DNA of 37,672 nucleotides from Escherichia coli (GTDB lineage Bacteria; Pseudomonadota; Gammaproteobacteria; Enterobacterales; Enterobacteriaceae): NCBI RefSeq assembly GCF_051903065.1, contig NZ_CP178442.1; one strand, 5' to 3'. Shown piece by piece: positions 33,825 to 37,672 of this stretch (position 1 is its first letter; each line of letters starts with the position of its first letter). The notes under the pieces were generated by a model. It saw only the letters and a program-made list of their open reading frames with translations, ran no database searches and was not told where the DNA came from. The position numbers and the translations under genes were made by a program.

Positions 33825-34247
33825 ATGATGAAGAAGTTAGTGTTTTTATTGATTTCCATTCTTGCTGGTTGTTCATCACCGCCAGAGCCAACACCCGTGC
33901 AGTTTGAAAAGGCAAATGAAGTGATCAATCCCTCATTGCCATATGTCCCCGATTTTCACGGTGTCATAAAGTCAGACGTTAGCGGTAAAGGATGGGTTTA
34001 TGAGATCACTTCCTTATCCGGAGTACAGGCCAGAACGCCGACGTTTTATTACGCTCTGGCTCATGCGGACAGGATTGTAGTGACAACACATGATGCTGGG
34101 CTGTGGTTTCGAATCAGAGATCTGTTGAAGATGGAAGGGGCAACAGCAGTCGTGGAATGGCGAAACGAGAAAAGTTTTTTACCTGAACAGGGAAAAATAG
34201 TTTTCATTAAAGCACAAAACGAGGTGAAAAATGACTGGAAAAAATAG
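33825..34247 (+). CDS. hypothetical lipoprotein (140 aa)
   Basis: Signal peptide with lipobox LAGC; aggagaacatg RBS. Confidence 0.5.
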   Translation: MMKKLVFLLISILAGCSSPPEPTPVQFEKANEVINPSLPYVPDFHGVIKSDVSGKGWVYEITSLSGVQARTPTFYYALAHADRIVVTTHDAGLWFRIRDLLKMEGATAVVEWRNEKSFLPEQGKIVFIKAQNEVKNDWKK

Positions 34248-34536
34248 AGTGGTTTTACCAGCCTTGCTGGCGTTAGGATTAATATCAACAAATGCTAATG
34301 CATCTGACCCTTGCGCTTCGGTACTTTGCTTATATGGAAAAGCAGTCGGGCAAGGTGGAGGGAGTGAATGCAGAAGTGCTGAAAAGGATTTTTTTAATAT
34401 TCTGAAAAAGAAAAAAGGAAGCATTCGCTGGAGTAAAACTTTTGATGCCCGTAAAGCATTTCTGAATCAGTGTTCAACGGCTGATCCTGCTGCTATATCA
34501 AAAATCATGAGTAAGTTCGGCAAGGTTAAAGGGTAG
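34231..34536 (+). CDS. hypothetical secreted Cys-containing protein (101 aa)
   Basis: Signal peptide (ALLALGLISTNANA), four Cys in mature part; overlaps upstream gene. Confidence 0.45.
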   Translation: MTGKNRVVLPALLALGLISTNANASDPCASVLCLYGKAVGQGGGSECRSAEKDFFNILKKKKGSIRWSKTFDARKAFLNQCSTADPAAISKIMSKFGKVKG

Positions 34537-34541
34537 ATGAT

Positions 34542-34796
34542 ATGGAAAAGCAAACTACTGATTTACTGAATGTAATCAAGACAGGACACTCTGGCTCAAT
34601 AGCTGGTAATCCTGCTCATGCACTGGATGATAAGACTATGAACGCCATCATTCATAACTACGTGGCAACGATTGTGCTCGGTAAAGCAGGTAACTGCAAA
34701 GAAACTCCTCTCACAAAGTATTGTTCGAGGACTATGCCAGAGCGTATTTCAGTTGAAGAAATTAATGAGTTTAAAATTTATCCAGAGTTATTCTGA
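34542..34796 (+). CDS. hypothetical protein (84 aa)
   Basis: Intact ORF 5 bp after previous stop; no recognised motif. Confidence 0.4.
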   Translation: MEKQTTDLLNVIKTGHSGSIAGNPAHALDDKTMNAIIHNYVATIVLGKAGNCKETPLTKYCSRTMPERISVEEINEFKIYPELF

Positions 34797-34892
34797 ACGG
34801 AGATAACGGCAAACGCCGCAGATTCCGGATTTTAATCCGGGATTTGCGGGGTTGAACAACCGAAGGGCGTTAGTTTCCTCGTAATCCATGAG

Positions 34893-35207
34893 GTGTATAT
34901 GAAAGCAAGAAGTGTGAGAGTTGCCGGAATTGAAATTATCGATAGTGTTAAAACGGTCGCTTTTGTTTTTACTGAAACCTTACTGTTTATGGTCTGGTTT
35001 TCGGCAATTGTCTATGGGCTTTATCGTGTTGTTATCGTTTTATGGGATGATCCTTTAAAGCCGCAATCGCTCATGGAATTTCTTAATTTCATAGTTGAGT
35101 TGTATAGCTATGTACTTCCTTCGTTGGCTGTTATCGCAGTGGCTTTAATCGCCGTTTTATCCATTTGTAAAATACTCTCAGCAATATGGGAGGGAAGAAA
35201 GCAATGA
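34893..35207 (+). CDS. hypothetical membrane protein (about 102-104 aa)
   Basis: gaggtg RBS; two or three hydrophobic helices; stop overlaps start of the nuclease gene (ATGA). Confidence 0.45.
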   Translation: MYMKARSVRVAGIEIIDSVKTVAFVFTETLLFMVWFSAIVYGLYRVVIVLWDDPLKPQSLMEFLNFIVELYSYVLPSLAVIAVALIAVLSICKILSAIWEGRKQ

Positions 35208-35698
35208 GACATTTTCTTAAGGCTCTTTCCTTTGTTGTTTCCCTGTTACCAGCTACATTGTGTGCGGCTGAAATCCAGGGGAAAGTTATTCGCGTTCTCG
35301 ATGGCGACACCATAGAAATTAAAACACTACCCGCAAAAATTGTTGTGTATGAAGTTCCGATCCGAGTCCGATTGATAAACATCGATGCCCCTGAAAAGAA
35401 ACAACCTTTTGGACGCTGGTCAACTAGTCAGCTTAAAACTCTGGTTGCAGGTAAACAGGTGACAGTCTCTTATTCACATAAAGACCGCTACGGACGCATT
35501 ATCGGTCATGTGTTCACGACGAACGGCACGGATGCCAGCCGCTTTATGGTTCAGTCTGGCGCTGCATGGGTATATGAACGTTACAACGTGGATGAGTCAT
35601 TACCGGCTCTGCAACGGGAAGCGCAGGAACAAAAACGCGGTTTGTGGGCCGATGCAAATCCGGTTCCACCGTGGGAATGGCGATACAAACATAACTAA
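35204..35698 (+). CDS. secreted thermonuclease / staphylococcal-nuclease-like (SNase) family protein
   Basis: 164 aa with signal peptide (MRHFLKALSFVVSLLPATLCAA) and SNase-like motifs (VIRVLDGDTIEI..., VRLINIDAPE, DRYGRIIGHVF, GLWAD). Confidence 0.65.
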   Translation: MRHFLKALSFVVSLLPATLCAAEIQGKVIRVLDGDTIEIKTLPAKIVVYEVPIRVRLINIDAPEKKQPFGRWSTSQLKTLVAGKQVTVSYSHKDRYGRIIGHVFTTNGTDASRFMVQSGAAWVYERYNVDESLPALQREAQEQKRGLWADANPVPPWEWRYKHN

Positions 35699-35713
35699 CT
35701 GATAGAGGTTTTT

Positions 35714-36118
35714 ATGGCTTTATCACCCAAAGAAAAGAAAGAGTTACAACAACGCTTCGAAAAGCAATTACTACCTGACCTTGATATGTCATTTGAACTA
35801 AATGGCGAAGTATATAAATTTAATTTTGATAAAAATGAGTCAGGTGACTATATCGATAGTTTTACACAAGCAGTATGGGGAGGTTATCAGGATGCCGAGG
35901 AATGGGAAAAATATGGTAAACATCAGGAGACAGAATTACCTGAATGCCCTGAACCAGTCGAGGGTTGGTGCGACTGTGATAAATGTAAGTCGATGATTTT
36001 TCATAAAGAGAAAAATATTTATGTTTGCCTCTCCTGCCATAAACAAACAGAGCCATTTCTTCCAATTGACTGGAACTCAAACGATTACGATTGGCTACCT
36101 TATGAAGATGAATACTAA
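35714..36118 (+). CDS. hypothetical protein with C-terminal Cys-rich zinc-ribbon-like region (134 aa)
   Basis: CPEPVEGWCDCDKC...CLSCHK arrangement suggests a Zn ribbon; acidic C-terminus. Confidence 0.45.
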   Translation: MALSPKEKKELQQRFEKQLLPDLDMSFELNGEVYKFNFDKNESGDYIDSFTQAVWGGYQDAEEWEKYGKHQETELPECPEPVEGWCDCDKCKSMIFHKEKNIYVCLSCHKQTEPFLPIDWNSNDYDWLPYEDEY

Positions 36119-36223
36119 TGCTGAATACTTCACAGTCATAATACAGATTGTTCTTTATTCAAAAGACAACCATCTATTGAAAGTGCATTAGTTATATAAA
36201 TCAGATACTCTTTGGTGGTTATT

Positions 36224-36799
36224 ATGCAATATGCATTAGTTGATGCGCTGGAACGAAAATTTTTGCTGGATGCTCTTGAATTTGGTGTTCTGAAGGACTG
36301 GAAAGAAAATCCGGTAAAAGAACTTCCTGATATTGATGAATCTGCTCACCCCTTCCATGTCTGTTATGGTGGATATTTATTAAATCCTGGTGTTTCAGAT
36401 TCAGATATTAGCAGAAAAATAAAAGACCAGACAGGATTCTGGCTGGCAGCTATTGATGATACCCGCATGGATTGTCATTCAATAGCTTATTATGATATTC
36501 ACACACTCCCTGTGATTTCATGTGGACATCAAAAGATAGTTCCTTTTGCAGCGTTAATAAAAGCTGATGAATGCATTATTTCAAAAATTGCTTCATATTC
36601 TGGTTTTGCCGTAACAGCCTTTTTGAGAATTAAAGACCAGGATATCGCAACTAATATACTTAACCGTGAGGGAATTTTTTCCTTTAATGGCTGTGAACGC
36701 AGATTCAGACATCCAGTAAGTGAAGATAACTGGCAACAGGCAGTATCAGAAGAACGTGCTATCCGTTGTGCAAAAAGATTAATTCAATGTAAAGGATAA
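36224..36799 (+). CDS. hypothetical protein (191 aa; upstream TTG at 36212 is an alternative start)
   Basis: Intact ORF immediately upstream (5 bp) of topB start; no recognised motif. Confidence 0.45.
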   Translation: MQYALVDALERKFLLDALEFGVLKDWKENPVKELPDIDESAHPFHVCYGGYLLNPGVSDSDISRKIKDQTGFWLAAIDDTRMDCHSIAYYDIHTLPVISCGHQKIVPFAALIKADECIISKIASYSGFAVTAFLRIKDQDIATNILNREGIFSFNGCERRFRHPVSEDNWQQAVSEERAIRCAKRLIQCKG

Positions 36800-36803
36800 C
36801 AAA

Positions 36804-37672
36804 ATGAGACTTTTTATCGCAGAAAAACCCGCAGTAGCAAATGATATTGTTAAGGCACTTGGTGGCAATTTTACCCGCCATGATGGCTGGTTTGAAAGTG
36901 ATAACGCCATTGTGACTAACTGTTTTGGTCATATTATCGAATCACAACCGCCGGAAAACTATAATCCTGAATACAAAGCCTGGAAGGTTGAAACGCTTCC
37001 TTTACGTCTTTATCCCGTGAAGTATCAGCCTGTTGAAAGTGCAGCAAAACAGGTTAAAACGATTCTCGAACTTATCAGACGTGGAGACGTGACTGAAATT
37101 GTTCACGCTGGCGATCCTGATGATGAGGGACAGCTACTTGTTGATGAAGTCCTGGAATATGCAGGAAACACAAAACCCGTAAAGCGCGTTCTGATTAACG
37201 ACAACACGCTTCCGGCAGTGAAAAAGGCACTGGCAAATCTTAAAGATAATCGTGATTTCAAAGGGCTTTACCTTAAGGCGCTGGCGCGTTCAGTTGCTGA
37301 TGCCGTCTATGGCTTCTCCATGACGCGTGCTTACACCATTCCGGCACAGGCCAGAGGATATCAGGGTGTTCTGTCTGTCGGGCGCGTCCAGACTCCCGTT
37401 CTTGGCCTGATTGTGAACCGTACCCGTGCTAACCAGAACCATAAATCCAGTTTTTACTACACCATGACCGGAGTCTTTCAGCGTGGTGCTGATGTTATCA
37501 GGGCGAACTGGAAGCCAGGGGAATTTGCTCCGCTGACAGACCGTAAATTACTTGATAAAGCGTGGGCAGACGGAACGGCTGCATCCCTTGCCGGAAAACC
37601 GGCTACAGTTGAAGCGGCAGCAACTGATGATAAAAAAACGGCTGCGCCGTTGCCGTTTAACCTGGTCAGACT
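36804..37672 (+). CDS. topB: DNA topoisomerase III, 5' part (N-terminal 289 aa); continues at position 1 across the circular junction
   Basis: ATG at 36804 after ggataacaaa; Toprim domain start MRLFIAEKP, conserved HAGDPDDEGQLLVDEVLEY and GYQGVLSVGRVQTPVLGLIV motifs as in E. coli TopB; no stop before window end. Confidence 0.85.
   Translation, partial: MRLFIAEKPAVANDIVKALGGNFTRHDGWFESDNAIVTNCFGHIIESQPPENYNPEYKAWKVETLPLRLYPVKYQPVESAAKQVKTILELIRRGDVTEIVHAGDPDDEGQLLVDEVLEYAGNTKPVKRVLINDNTLPAVKKALANLKDNRDFKGLYLKALARSVADAVYGFSMTRAYTIPAQARGYQGVLSVGRVQTPVLGLIVNRTRANQNHKSSFYYTMTGVFQRGADVIRANWKPGEFAPLTDRKLLDKAWADGTAASLAGKPATVEAAATDDKKTAAPLPFNLVR

Overview
The window reads as a complete, circularly permuted IncX-type (R6K-like) conjugative plasmid of Enterobacterales: the last 869 nt and the first 1285 nt together form one in-frame topoisomerase III (topB) gene, so the two window ends are contiguous. 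The backbone contains a pi-type replication initiator (pir) with 22-bp iterons and DnaA boxes, a ParA/RHH partition pair, two toxin-antitoxin loci (stbDE-like, hicAB), an Hha/H-NS/TopB module, a MOBP relaxase with accessory protein (taxA/taxC), a LuxR-type regulator and a full VirB-like type IV secretion system (pilX1-11) with a VirD4 coupling protein (taxB). One accessory island (3604-7488) carries the multiresistance 23S rRNA methyltransferase gene cfr on an AT-rich segment bracketed by two directly oriented IS26 copies, next to a Tn3-family tnpA remnant with its 38-bp terminal repeat. The most interesting unexplained structures are a pair of perfect 92-bp inverted repeats carrying an RP4-like nic motif (candidate dual oriT), two identical ~420-bp GC-rich direct repeats each placed in front of a different gene of a hypothetical-gene cluster that includes a J-domain protein, and a palindromic TGTGTATTAATACACA motif found at the par locus and again about 6 kb away. 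All calls rest on reading the sequence and on recalled family motifs; no database search was run.
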